A stretch of DNA of 64,000 bases, taken from contig JBBSTR010000001.1 in NCBI GenBank assembly GCA_038235705.1, positions 43,541 to 107,540 on the forward strand, given 5' to 3'. This DNA comes from Mycobacteriales bacterium. Its GTDB lineage: Bacteria > Actinomycetota > Actinomycetes > Mycobacteriales > SCTD01. The notes beneath the pieces are model-generated. The model was not told the origin of the DNA, searched no databases, and saw nothing but the letters and a program-made list of their open reading frames with translations. The translations under genes and the position numbers were made by a program. Below, piece after piece: positions 22,238 through 30,544 of the stretch. Positions within the stretch are counted from its first letter, which is position 1. Every line of letters begins with the position of its first letter.

Positions 22238-23293
22238 TCACGAGCCGGCGCTGAAGCGCTGGCGCAGCTGGTCGAACGAGACGGCCAGGATGAGCAGCGT
22301 CCCGCGGGCGACGTCCTGCCAGAAGCTGTTGACGTTGAGCAGGACGAGGCCGTTGTTGAGCACCCCGATCAGCACTAGGCCCAGGACGGTCCCGAGCACC
22401 GTCCCGCGACCGCCGGAAAGGCTCGCCCCTCCGAGGACCACCGCGGTGACGACGGTGAGCTCGAGCCCGGTGGCGGCGACCGGTGAGGCCGCTGACAGCT
22501 GGGAGGTAAGGATGAGCCCGGAGACGGCCACCGCCAGCCCGGACAGCACGAACGTGATGATGAGCACGCGGCGGGTGCGGATGCCGACCAGCCGGGCCGC
22601 CACCGGGTTGGCCCCGATCGCGTACAGCGACCGGCCGAAGACGGTGAAGCGCATGCAGAGCGCACCGACCGCGACGATCAGGGCAAAGATGATCACCGAC
22701 AGCGGGATGCTCAGGAACGGTCGAGACGTCCCCAGGGCCGAGAACCCGGTGACGATCGTCGTCTGTCCGTCTGCGAGCAGCTGGGTCAGGCCGCGGAGGA
22801 CGGCAAGCGTCCCCAGGGTGGTGATCAGGGAGTTCACGCCGACGACGTTGATGAAGAAGCCGTTCACCGCCCCGATCGCGAGCCCTGCCACCACCGCCAG
22901 CACGATCGCCAGACCGAGACCGCGTGGCGCCACCTGCGTCGCCAGCAGGACACCGCAGAAGGCCGCGCCCGAACCCACCGACAGGTCGACCTGACCGGCG
23001 ACGAGCAGCATCGTCGCCGGCACGGCGATGATCCCGGTCACCGCGATCGCGGACAGGATGTTGAGGATGTTGTTGGTGGTCAGGAAGTAGGGGCTCTTGA
23101 CCGCGAACAGCACGACGAGCGCTGCGAGAACCACCAGCAGACCGGCCAGCTCGGGCACGCTGCGACCACGGGGCGCCGGGTTGACGACGGCCCCCCCGGC
23201 CGTGGTCGACGGGGACGGGTCGACCCGGCCGGTGGCCGGGGCCTCTTTGGACAGCTGCACCGTTCCGCCGTCGTCCTGGGATGCCTGGGTCAT
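22238..23293 (-). CDS. Sugar ABC transporter permease (RbsC/AraH-like)
   Basis: 351 aa from the ATG at 23293 (ATGA overlap with the ATPase stop). Multi-TM with FLTTNNILNILSAIAVTGIIA... typical of the monosaccharide (CUT2) permease family. Confidence 0.85.
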   Translation of the reverse strand: MTQASQDDGGTVQLSKEAPATGRVDPSPSTTAGGAVVNPAPRGRSVPELAGLLVVLAALVVLFAVKSPYFLTTNNILNILSAIAVTGIIAVPATMLLVAGQVDLSVGSGAAFCGVLLATQVAPRGLGLAIVLAVVAGLAIGAVNGFFINVVGVNSLITTLGTLAVLRGLTQLLADGQTTIVTGFSALGTSRPFLSIPLSVIIFALIVAVGALCMRFTVFGRSLYAIGANPVAARLVGIRTRRVLIITFVLSGLAVAVSGLILTSQLSAASPVAATGLELTVVTAVVLGGASLSGGRGTVLGTVLGLVLIGVLNNGLVLLNVNSFWQDVARGTLLILAVSFDQLRQRFSAGS

Positions 23294-24786
23294 GCGACGT
23301 CGCCTCCTGAGGCCGAGGTGAGAGCGGCCGAGGTGACCCCGGCGCCGGTGAGGTGGTCGACGACACGTCCGCGTGCCATCACCAGGACACGGTCCGCCAG
23401 CTGGACGACCTCTTCGTAGTCCGAGGTGGCGATCAGCACCGCGAGCGACTCGTGCTCGGCGAACCGACGCAGGGTGCGGTAGATGTCGGAACGGGCGCCG
23501 ACGTCGACGCCGCGGGTCGGCTCCACGAGCAGCAGCACCCGTGAGCCACGCTCGAACCAGCGCGCGAGCAGGACCTTCTGCTGGTTGCCCCCTGACAACG
23601 TCGCGATGGGCTGTCCCGGCTCGTCTCTCGACCGGATGGAGAGCGCCTCTCTCCACCGCGACCAGGCGGCCCGCTCCGCCTTGTGCCCCAGGAAGCCTCC
23701 GCGCGACATCCTCGGCCAGGAAGGTGCGGCCAGGTTCTCCGCGACCGGGCGGATCGCGAGGAGCCCGGACTGCTTGCGATCGGCCGGGAGGAAGCCCAGC
23801 CCTTGATCGACCGCTGTCGCGGGCCCGTCAGGTCGGTAGTCGACGCCGTCGAGGCGCATCGTGCCGGCGGTGATCGGGTGCAGCCCGAACGCTGCCTCGA
23901 CGACCTCGGCGGTGCCCGAACCGATCTTGCCGTAGAGCGCGACGACCTCGCCCGCGCGGACCTCGAGGTCGACGTCGTCGAACAGGGCGCCAGAGCTCAG
24001 ACCGTGCACCTCGAGCATGCTCGGCCCAAGGCCCTCCGGGGCATTCGGCCGGGTCACCCCGTCGGCCTCGCGGCCGATCATCGCGGTGACCATCTGCGTC
24101 CTGCTCACCTCGCTCACGGCGGAGTCGAGCACCCCGACGCCGTCACGGAGCACCTGGACACGGTCCGCGATCGCCGTCACCTCGTCCAGCCGGTGGGTGA
24201 TGTAGATCATCGCCACCCCGCGGGAGCGCATCTGCTCCATGGCCCGGAACAGCTGGTCGACCTCGCTGCTCGACAGGGCCGCCGTGGGTTCGTCCAGGAT
24301 GAGGATGCGTGCCTCGTCGGAGAGGGCTCGCGCGATCTCGACGAGCTGACGCTCGCCGATCCGGAGGGACTCCACCGTCCGGCTCACGTCGAACTCCGCC
24401 CCCAGCTGCGCGAGAGCCGCCTCGGCCCGCTTTCGCATGCTCGACCAGGACACCAGCCCGCGACGCGCCGACCAGCGCCCCAGCGAGATGTTCTCGGCGA
24501 CGGTGAGCGGACCGGCGTCGTTGAGCTCCTGGAAGATCATTCTGATGCCGAGGGCACGCGCCTGGACGGGGTCGTGCTGACGGACCGGCTCACCTTCGAC
24601 CAGCACGGCCCCGTCGTCGGCGGTGTAGTCACCGGCGATGATCTTGACCAGCGTGGACTTGCCCGCCCCGTTCTCCCCGAGCAGCGCCAGGACTTCGCCC
24701 TGGTCGATGTGCAGGTCGACGCCGTGCAGGACCGGTACGCCCGCGAAGCCCTTCCGCACCGACTGCAGCTCGAGGAGGGACGGCAT
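23290..24786 (-). CDS. Sugar ABC transporter ATP-binding protein (fused two-domain, RbsA-like)
   Basis: 498 aa from the ATG at 24786 (ATGA overlap with the SBP stop). Walker A GENGAGKSTL, a second degenerate P-loop GKIGSGTAE, and signature LSGGNQQKVLLARW. Confidence 0.9.
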   Translation of the reverse strand: MPSLLELQSVRKGFAGVPVLHGVDLHIDQGEVLALLGENGAGKSTLVKIIAGDYTADDGAVLVEGEPVRQHDPVQARALGIRMIFQELNDAGPLTVAENISLGRWSARRGLVSWSSMRKRAEAALAQLGAEFDVSRTVESLRIGERQLVEIARALSDEARILILDEPTAALSSSEVDQLFRAMEQMRSRGVAMIYITHRLDEVTAIADRVQVLRDGVGVLDSAVSEVSRTQMVTAMIGREADGVTRPNAPEGLGPSMLEVHGLSSGALFDDVDLEVRAGEVVALYGKIGSGTAEVVEAAFGLHPITAGTMRLDGVDYRPDGPATAVDQGLGFLPADRKQSGLLAIRPVAENLAAPSWPRMSRGGFLGHKAERAAWSRWREALSIRSRDEPGQPIATLSGGNQQKVLLARWFERGSRVLLLVEPTRGVDVGARSDIYRTLRRFAEHESLAVLIATSDYEEVVQLADRVLVMARGRVVDHLTGAGVTSAALTSASGGDVA

Positions 24787-25925
24787 CACGAGCAGTTCTG
24801 GCCGGCGGTCGGGTAGAAGTCGGTGATGTTCTTGCTGTCCAGCACCTGGTGCGGGACGAGCAGCTCCTTCGGGATGGTCTTCCCCTTCGCCGCGTCGATG
24901 AGGTAGGGGACGCCGATCTTCCCGTACTTCTCGGGGAAGTAGGCCGTGTCGGCGACCCAGTTCGGGTTGTTCTTGATCTCGCACCACGAGGACGGGTCGG
25001 CCCCCTGCCCGGAGACGAAGATGCTGTCGCCGCGGTTCGCCGTCTTGGCGGCCGCCACGGCCCCGAGGATCGAGTCGTCGTTGATGCCGACCACGATGAT
25101 CTTCTTGGCGCCCGGCAGCGAGGTGAGGACGTCGGCGAACTTGGTCCGCGCACCGTCGAGCGCTCCTCCACCGTCCACGACGCGGGCGTTCGTGATCTCG
25201 CCGCAGACCTCGCTGAAGCCCTTGCGGTAGCCGCCCATGCGCGCGTCGTTGACGGCGCCTGCAGCCGGCTGCTCCATCGAGACGTAGGCGTCGTACTTGC
25301 AGTCGAACTTTGCCTTGGCGTAGTCGCCCACGGCCTTGCCGGCGAGGTAGCCGGCGCGGTCGTTGCTGGCACCCATGAACGCGATCTGACAAGGCTGCTG
25401 CTCGATGTCCACCGCGATCACGGGCACCTGCGGACCCTGGGCGCAGATGGCCGAGGAGACCTTCGCGTCGACCTGGAAGTTCAGGTAGGCCTGAACGCCC
25501 TGGGTCTTGAAGCTCTGGGCGCAGGCGAGCGCCTTGGCGCCGTCGAGCGCGGAGTCGCAGACGATCAGATCGGCGCCTGCGCCCTTCGCCTCGGCCTTCA
25601 TCGAGTCGGTCACCAGCTTGGAGAACGGGACCTGCGAGTCGCCGAGGGCGATGAAGCCCAGCTTGAGCCCGTCGCCGCTGCCGGGGACCGCGTCTCGGAA
25701 CGCCACCGTGCCCGGCGCGTCAGCGCCGGCTGCGTCGGGGCTCGCGGAGGACGAGGGTGTGGCGGAGGTGCTGGGCGCCTCCGAAGACGGCACCGACGGC
25801 GCCGACGTGGCGGGCGTCGCGGTCGTCCCGGCACTGCTCCCGCAGGCGGCCAGGACGGCCACCCCGGTCAGGAGCGCGAGCCCTCGGGCCCCGGGCAGCA
25901 GCGCCCGTGCACGGCTGAGCGACAT
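24786..25925 (-). CDS. Sugar ABC transporter substrate-binding lipoprotein
   Basis: The ATG at 25925 is preceded by AAGGA. Signal plus lipobox LLTGVAVLAAC, a Ser/Thr/Ala/Pro linker, then a periplasmic-binding-protein type I-like fold. Confidence 0.8.
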   Translation of the reverse strand: MSLSRARALLPGARGLALLTGVAVLAACGSSAGTTATPATSAPSVPSSEAPSTSATPSSSASPDAAGADAPGTVAFRDAVPGSGDGLKLGFIALGDSQVPFSKLVTDSMKAEAKGAGADLIVCDSALDGAKALACAQSFKTQGVQAYLNFQVDAKVSSAICAQGPQVPVIAVDIEQQPCQIAFMGASNDRAGYLAGKAVGDYAKAKFDCKYDAYVSMEQPAAGAVNDARMGGYRKGFSEVCGEITNARVVDGGGALDGARTKFADVLTSLPGAKKIIVVGINDDSILGAVAAAKTANRGDSIFVSGQGADPSSWCEIKNNPNWVADTAYFPEKYGKIGVPYLIDAAKGKTIPKELLVPHQVLDSKNITDFYPTAGQNCS

Positions 25926-25945
25926 GGTGATCGTCCTTTCTCTCG

Positions 25946-25965
25946 GACTGGAATGCTTTCCAGTC
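25946..25965. promoter_or_regulatory. Candidate LacI-family operator (palindrome) in SBP 5' leader
   Basis: GACTGGAA-TGCT-TTCCAGTC has 8-bp perfect arms. The inner TGGAATGCTTTCCA resembles the generic LacI-family TGNAANCGNTTNCA except for a GC centre. Confidence 0.4.
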
Positions 25966-26140
25966 ACGGCCAGTCCTAGTGCCTTGCGTCACGTGTGTCA
26001 ACCACCCGAGTCGTGTCGTGTCGTCGCAGTCACCCTTCTGACGCGCGAGTTCGGGGAGCGTGTCAGGGCGCCTTTTCGCGAGGTGCCCTGGCGGGGTAGC
26101 GCATCATCCACCGAACGGCTAGGGTCGCGGCAACCGATCC

Positions 26141-26154
26141 CGGAAGCGTTACCA
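26141..26154. promoter_or_regulatory. Candidate LacI-family operator upstream of the dehydratase gene
   Basis: CGGAAGCGTTACCA matches TGNAANCGNTTNCA at 8 of 10 fixed positions. It lies 22 nt upstream of the ATG at 26176, just 5' of the AGGAG RBS. Confidence 0.35.
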
Positions 26155-26175
26155 GGACGTCCTCAGGAGTTGTCG

Positions 26176-27345
26176 ATGACAGTCAGCGACCAGACGCAGC
26201 CGTCCGTCCCGTCAGGGTCCTCTCGTGGTGCCGGTGGGCTGACCATCACCCGGCTCGAGACGATCGGGATGGTCGCGCCGCTGGGCCGGACGTTCCAGGG
26301 CAGCCACTACCGGATGACCCACCGGGCGACGTTGATCATCCGGCTCCACACCGCCGAGGGCATCGTTGGCGAGGCCTACGTGGGGGACGAGGACGCCTCG
26401 CTCGCCGCGATCACGGCGATCGTGGAGAACGAGATCGCCCCGGTTGTGGTGGGCGAGGACGCGTTCGGTGTCGAGCGCTGCTGGCAGCTCGCGTACGGCG
26501 TCACCTTCGACATCCTGCGCGACCGCCGGCTGGGCCTGGTCGCGCTGGCGGCCCTCGACACCGCGATCTGGGACGCGATCGGCAAAGCGCTGGGACAGCC
26601 GTTGTGGCGCCTGTGGGGCGGCTACCGCCGCAGCCTGCCGATGATCGCGATCGGGGGCTACTACGGGGAACCGCTCGGCGCGATCGCGGACGAGATGCAG
26701 TCGTACCGGCAGCTGGGTCTGGCCGGCGTCAAGTTCAAGGTCGGTGGAGCGTCGCCGGCTGTCGACGCCGACCGGGTCCAGCGGGCCCGGGAGGCAGCCG
26801 GGGACGACTTCATCCTGGCGATCGACGCGAACCAGGGCTACACGGTGGCCCAGGCCGTGGAGCTCTGCCGACGGCTCGACGGGGTCGGGGTCCGTTGGTT
26901 CGAGGAGCCGGTCCTGTGGCACAACGACCGGCGCGACCTGCGCGACGTGCGCCAGCAGGGCGGGATCCCGGTGTGCGCCGGGCAGAGCGAGGTGAGCCCC
27001 AGCGGCTGTCGTGACCTGATGGAAGCCGGAGCCATCGACGTCTGCAACTTCGACGCGTCCTGGTCCGGCGGCCCGACCGCCTGGCGTCGTGCTGCTGCCC
27101 TGGCCACGACCTACAACGTGCAGATGGGCCACCACGAGGAGCCACAGGTGTCCTCCCACCTGCTGGCCAGCCAGGCGCACGGCACCTACGCCGAGTGCTT
27201 CCACCCGGAGCGGGACCCGTTCTGGTGGAACCTGATCGCTAACCGTCCTCCGCTCGTCGACGGGCAGATCACCCTGTCCGACGCTCCCGGTCTGGGCTGG
27301 CAGCTGGACTGGGACTACGTCGACAGATGGCGCGTTCGCGCGTGA
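26176..27345 (+). CDS. Enolase-superfamily (mandelate racemase subgroup) acid-sugar dehydratase
   Basis: 389 aa from the ATG at 26176 (RBS AGGAG). Motifs KFKVGG (KxK) and metal-ligand motifs AIDANQGY, WFEEP and CAGQSE. The upstream part of ORF 25507-27345 is antisense to the SBP gene and was trimmed. Confidence 0.8.
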   Translation: MTVSDQTQPSVPSGSSRGAGGLTITRLETIGMVAPLGRTFQGSHYRMTHRATLIIRLHTAEGIVGEAYVGDEDASLAAITAIVENEIAPVVVGEDAFGVERCWQLAYGVTFDILRDRRLGLVALAALDTAIWDAIGKALGQPLWRLWGGYRRSLPMIAIGGYYGEPLGAIADEMQSYRQLGLAGVKFKVGGASPAVDADRVQRAREAAGDDFILAIDANQGYTVAQAVELCRRLDGVGVRWFEEPVLWHNDRRDLRDVRQQGGIPVCAGQSEVSPSGCRDLMEAGAIDVCNFDASWSGGPTAWRRAAALATTYNVQMGHHEEPQVSSHLLASQAHGTYAECFHPERDPFWWNLIANRPPLVDGQITLSDAPGLGWQLDWDYVDRWRVRA

Positions 27346-27371
27346 GGGTGCTGCTGCGAGACCATGCGTCC

Positions 27372-28403
27372 ATGACCCCGTCCCCGAGCTCCCTGCGCAC
27401 GCCGACCAGCCGTCCGGTGATGAAGCAGGTGGCCGACCGCGCGGGCGTGGCCCTGTCGTCGGTCTCCCGGGTGCTGTCCGGGCACCCGGACGTCAGTGCG
27501 GTGATGCGCAACCGGGTGCTCGACGCCGTGGCCGCGCTCGGCTACGAGCCGGACCGGTTGGCACAGAGCCTGCGCACCGGGGCCACCATGAGCGTCGGGG
27601 TGGTCGTCGGTGACATCAGCAACCCGTTGATGGCCCAGATCGTCCTGGGGGCCGAGATGCGGCTGCGGGACGGGGGCTACTCCTCGCTGCTGACCAACTC
27701 CGGGAGCGACCCCCGACTGGACGTCGAGCACGTGCGTCTGCTGCAGCAGCGCCGGGTGGACGGGATGCTCCTCTCGCTCAGCGACGAGGAGGACCCAGGT
27801 GTCGCCGACGCCGTCGGTCGCCTGGACGTGCCCATCGTCCTGCTCGACCGGCAGCTTGCCGGACAGGGATCGGCGGCGGCGCTGTCCGACCATGCGGCGG
27901 GGATCCAGGCCGCAGCGCAGGAGCTCGCCGACCTGGGGCACCGGCGCGTCGGCCTGGTCAACGGCAGCCCTCGGGTCAGGCCCTCCCGGGAGCGGGCGAC
28001 GGCTCTGCGCAAGGTCTGTCGGTCGACGGACATGCAGTGCCGCGTCCGTGCAGCGGCCTACACCGCCGAGCACGGCTACCAGGCGACGATCGACCTGATG
28101 CGCGCCGAGGACGCACCCACCGCGCTCATCGCCGGCGGCAACCAGATCCTCGTCGGGGTGCTGCGCGCCCTGCGCGAGCTCGGCCTCACGGTTCCTGGTG
28201 ACGTCAGCCTGGTCGCCTGCGACGACGTGCCGCTGGCGAGCTATCTCGACCCACCGATCGCCACGATCAGGCGCGAACCCGGCCAGATCGGCCGGGTTGC
28301 TGCCGAGCTGCTGCTCGAGCAGCTGCGCGGGGAACCGGTCCGTTCCCAGACCCTGCCCACCACCTTCGCGAAGACCGAGAGCGTCAGGCCCCCGCGCGCC
28401 TGA
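27372..28403 (+). CDS. LacI-family transcriptional regulator
   Basis: HTH KQVADRAGVALSSVSRVLSG followed by a periplasmic-binding-like effector domain. The start is uncertain (ATGs at 27327, 27372 and 27420, none with a strong SD). Confidence 0.8.
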   Translation: MTPSPSSLRTPTSRPVMKQVADRAGVALSSVSRVLSGHPDVSAVMRNRVLDAVAALGYEPDRLAQSLRTGATMSVGVVVGDISNPLMAQIVLGAEMRLRDGGYSSLLTNSGSDPRLDVEHVRLLQQRRVDGMLLSLSDEEDPGVADAVGRLDVPIVLLDRQLAGQGSAAALSDHAAGIQAAAQELADLGHRRVGLVNGSPRVRPSRERATALRKVCRSTDMQCRVRAAAYTAEHGYQATIDLMRAEDAPTALIAGGNQILVGVLRALRELGLTVPGDVSLVACDDVPLASYLDPPIATIRREPGQIGRVAAELLLEQLRGEPVRSQTLPTTFAKTESVRPPRA

Positions 28404-28436
28404 GCTCTGCCCAGACCACCACCGGAAGGATTCGAC

Positions 28437-29426
28437 GTGACCACCAACCAGGAACGACTGACGCTCCAGCAGGGTGCGCCGCCGGACGCGGAGGCCCTGC
28501 TCGCGTCGATGCTGCGGATCCGGCTGTTCGAAGACGAGATCATGGGCCTGTTCACCAAGCAGCTCGTCCGCGGCAGCACCCATCTGTGCCAAGGGCAGGA
28601 GGCGGTGACGGTCGGCGTTGCCTCGAGCCTGCGCGACGGCGACACCGTTGTGTGCACCTACCGCGGTCACGGTGCGGTCCTCGCCATGGGTGCTGAGCTG
28701 GACGCCAGCTTCGGGGAGATCATGGGTCGCAGCGGGGGGCTCTGCAAGGGGCGCGGCGGATCGATGCACCTCACTGATGTCGCCCGCGGCGTCCTCGGCT
28801 CGAACGCGATCGTCGGCGCGCACCTGCCGATCGCCGTCGGCGCGGCCCTGTCGGCCCAGCACCTGGGCACCGGCGCGGTCAGCGTCGCGTTCTTCGGCGA
28901 CGGAGCCACGAACATCGGTGCCTTCCACGAGAGTCTCAACATGGCCGGGATCTGGAAGCTGCCGGTGCTGTTCGTCATCGAGAACAACCAGTACGGGGAA
29001 TACAGCCCGATCGCGTCGACCACGCCGATCGCACGGCTCGCCGACCGCGCCGCGTCCTACGGGATGCCCGGGGTGCAGGTCGACGGCAACGACGTCGTGG
29101 CCGTGCGCGAGGCCGCTCGCGAGGCGGTGGACAGGGCCACGGGCGGGGAGGGCCCGACGCTGCTCGAAGCACTGACCTACCGGCACGGCGGCCACTCCCG
29201 CGCCGATCCCGGCGCCTACCGGCCGCCGGGCGAGCTGGACAGCTGGTTGGAGCGCGACCCGATCACGGCGCTGGAGCGGGCGATGCGAGCCGGTGGAGGA
29301 GCCGCCGAGACGCGCATCGAGCAGGTGCGTGAGGCCGTCCGGACCGACGTGGCCCAGGCCCTCGAACGGGCGCTGAGCTGGCCGGAACCCGACGCCGAAG
29401 AACGCTTCGAGGACGTGTACGCATGA
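28437..29426 (+). CDS. TPP-dependent 2-oxoacid/acetoin dehydrogenase E1 component, alpha subunit
   Basis: 329 aa with TPP-binding motif FFGDGATNIGAFHESLNMAGIWKLPVLFVIENNQYG. Confidence 0.85.
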   Translation: MTTNQERLTLQQGAPPDAEALLASMLRIRLFEDEIMGLFTKQLVRGSTHLCQGQEAVTVGVASSLRDGDTVVCTYRGHGAVLAMGAELDASFGEIMGRSGGLCKGRGGSMHLTDVARGVLGSNAIVGAHLPIAVGAALSAQHLGTGAVSVAFFGDGATNIGAFHESLNMAGIWKLPVLFVIENNQYGEYSPIASTTPIARLADRAASYGMPGVQVDGNDVVAVREAAREAVDRATGGEGPTLLEALTYRHGGHSRADPGAYRPPGELDSWLERDPITALERAMRAGGGAAETRIEQVREAVRTDVAQALERALSWPEPDAEERFEDVYA

Positions 29427-30406
29427 GCGAAAAGATCAACTACCGGCAGGTCATCGCGCGCGCGCTCGCCGACGCGATGGACGAGGACCCGACCGTCCTG
29501 CTCCTCGGTGAGGACGTGGGTGCCGCAGGCGGCGCGTTCAAGACGACGGCAGGTCTGTTCGAACGGTTCGGCCCGACCCGGGTCCGTGACACGCCCATCT
29601 CCGAGCAGGCGATCGTCGGTGCGGCGCTGGGCGCCGCCATGACGGGACTGCGACCGGTCGCCGACATCATGTTCGCCGACTTCGCGGGCGTCTGCTTCGA
29701 CCAGATCGTCAACCAGGTGGCCAAGCAGCGCTACATGTCCGCCGGGCAGGTCACCGTCCCGCTGGTGATCCGGATGGCCAACGGGGCGGGGGCAGGTTTC
29801 GCGGCCCAGCACTCGCAGGCCACGGAAAACTGGTTCCTCAACGTGCCCGGACTCAAGGTGGTCGTCCCCGGCACCGTGGAAGACCTCTACGGTCTGCTCC
29901 GCTCGGCGGTCCGGGACGACAACCCGGTGATCGTCTGTGAGCACAAGAACCTGTTTGCGCTCAAGGGCGTCGTTCCCACGGGCGACGCGGCGTTCGTCCC
30001 GATCGGGAAGGCGAGCGTCGTACGCCGGGGCAAGGACCTGACGATCGTCGCCACGCAGCAGATGCGGCACCGTGCGGTGGAGGCCGCCGAGATGCTCGCG
30101 GAGGAGGGGATCGAGGCGACCGTGATCGACCCACGCACGCTGATCCCGTTCGACGACGCCACCGTGGTCGCGAGCCTCTCGGAGACCTCTCGTCTGCTGG
30201 TGGTGCAGGAGTCCCCGCCCGGCGGCAGCTGGGGCGCGAGCCTGGTCTCACGCATGGTCACGGAGCACTTCGAGGTGTTCGACGCGCCCCCCGCCCTGCT
30301 CAGCGCCGACGAGACGCCGGTGCCGTACGCCGCCGTCCAGGAGGCCGCTTGGCTGCCCACCGCAGAACGCATCGCCGACCAGGCGCGCCGGCTGGTCGCC
30401 TACTGA
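29423..30406 (+). CDS. TPP-dependent 2-oxoacid/acetoin dehydrogenase E1 component, beta subunit
   Basis: 327 aa with ATGA overlap to the alpha subunit. RVRDTPISEQAIVGAALGAAMTGLRPV is typical of E1-beta. Confidence 0.85.
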   Translation: MSEKINYRQVIARALADAMDEDPTVLLLGEDVGAAGGAFKTTAGLFERFGPTRVRDTPISEQAIVGAALGAAMTGLRPVADIMFADFAGVCFDQIVNQVAKQRYMSAGQVTVPLVIRMANGAGAGFAAQHSQATENWFLNVPGLKVVVPGTVEDLYGLLRSAVRDDNPVIVCEHKNLFALKGVVPTGDAAFVPIGKASVVRRGKDLTIVATQQMRHRAVEAAEMLAEEGIEATVIDPRTLIPFDDATVVASLSETSRLLVVQESPPGGSWGASLVSRMVTEHFEVFDAPPALLSADETPVPYAAVQEAAWLPTAERIADQARRLVAY

Positions 30407-30437
30407 CGGGGTGATCTCTGAGGTCCGGCGCCCCGGT

Positions 30438-30502
30438 CATGATCAACAGGGACTGGGCGTCGTGACACGCCGGCGAGTCGTGACGACTCTTTCCTGTTGA
30501 TC
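30438..30502 (+). repeat. Hairpin repeat element, copy B (50-nt core 30438-30487)
   Basis: 44/50 identical to 14892-14941. Outer 10-bp stem GATCAACAGG (30441-30450) / CCTGTTGATC (30493-30502). The inner stem is retained with G-U pairs when read as + strand RNA. Confidence 0.75.
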
Positions 30503-30544
30503 TCCGCGGGGGTCACTCTTTCCTGTTGATCTCCGCGGGGGTCA
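30487..30544. repeat. Perfect 29-bp tandem duplication (2 units)
   Basis: CTCTTTCCTGTTGATCTCCGCGGGGGTCA occurs at 30487-30515 and again at 30516-30544. The second unit ends in the TCA that is the stop codon (minus strand) of the SDR gene. Confidence 0.9.
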
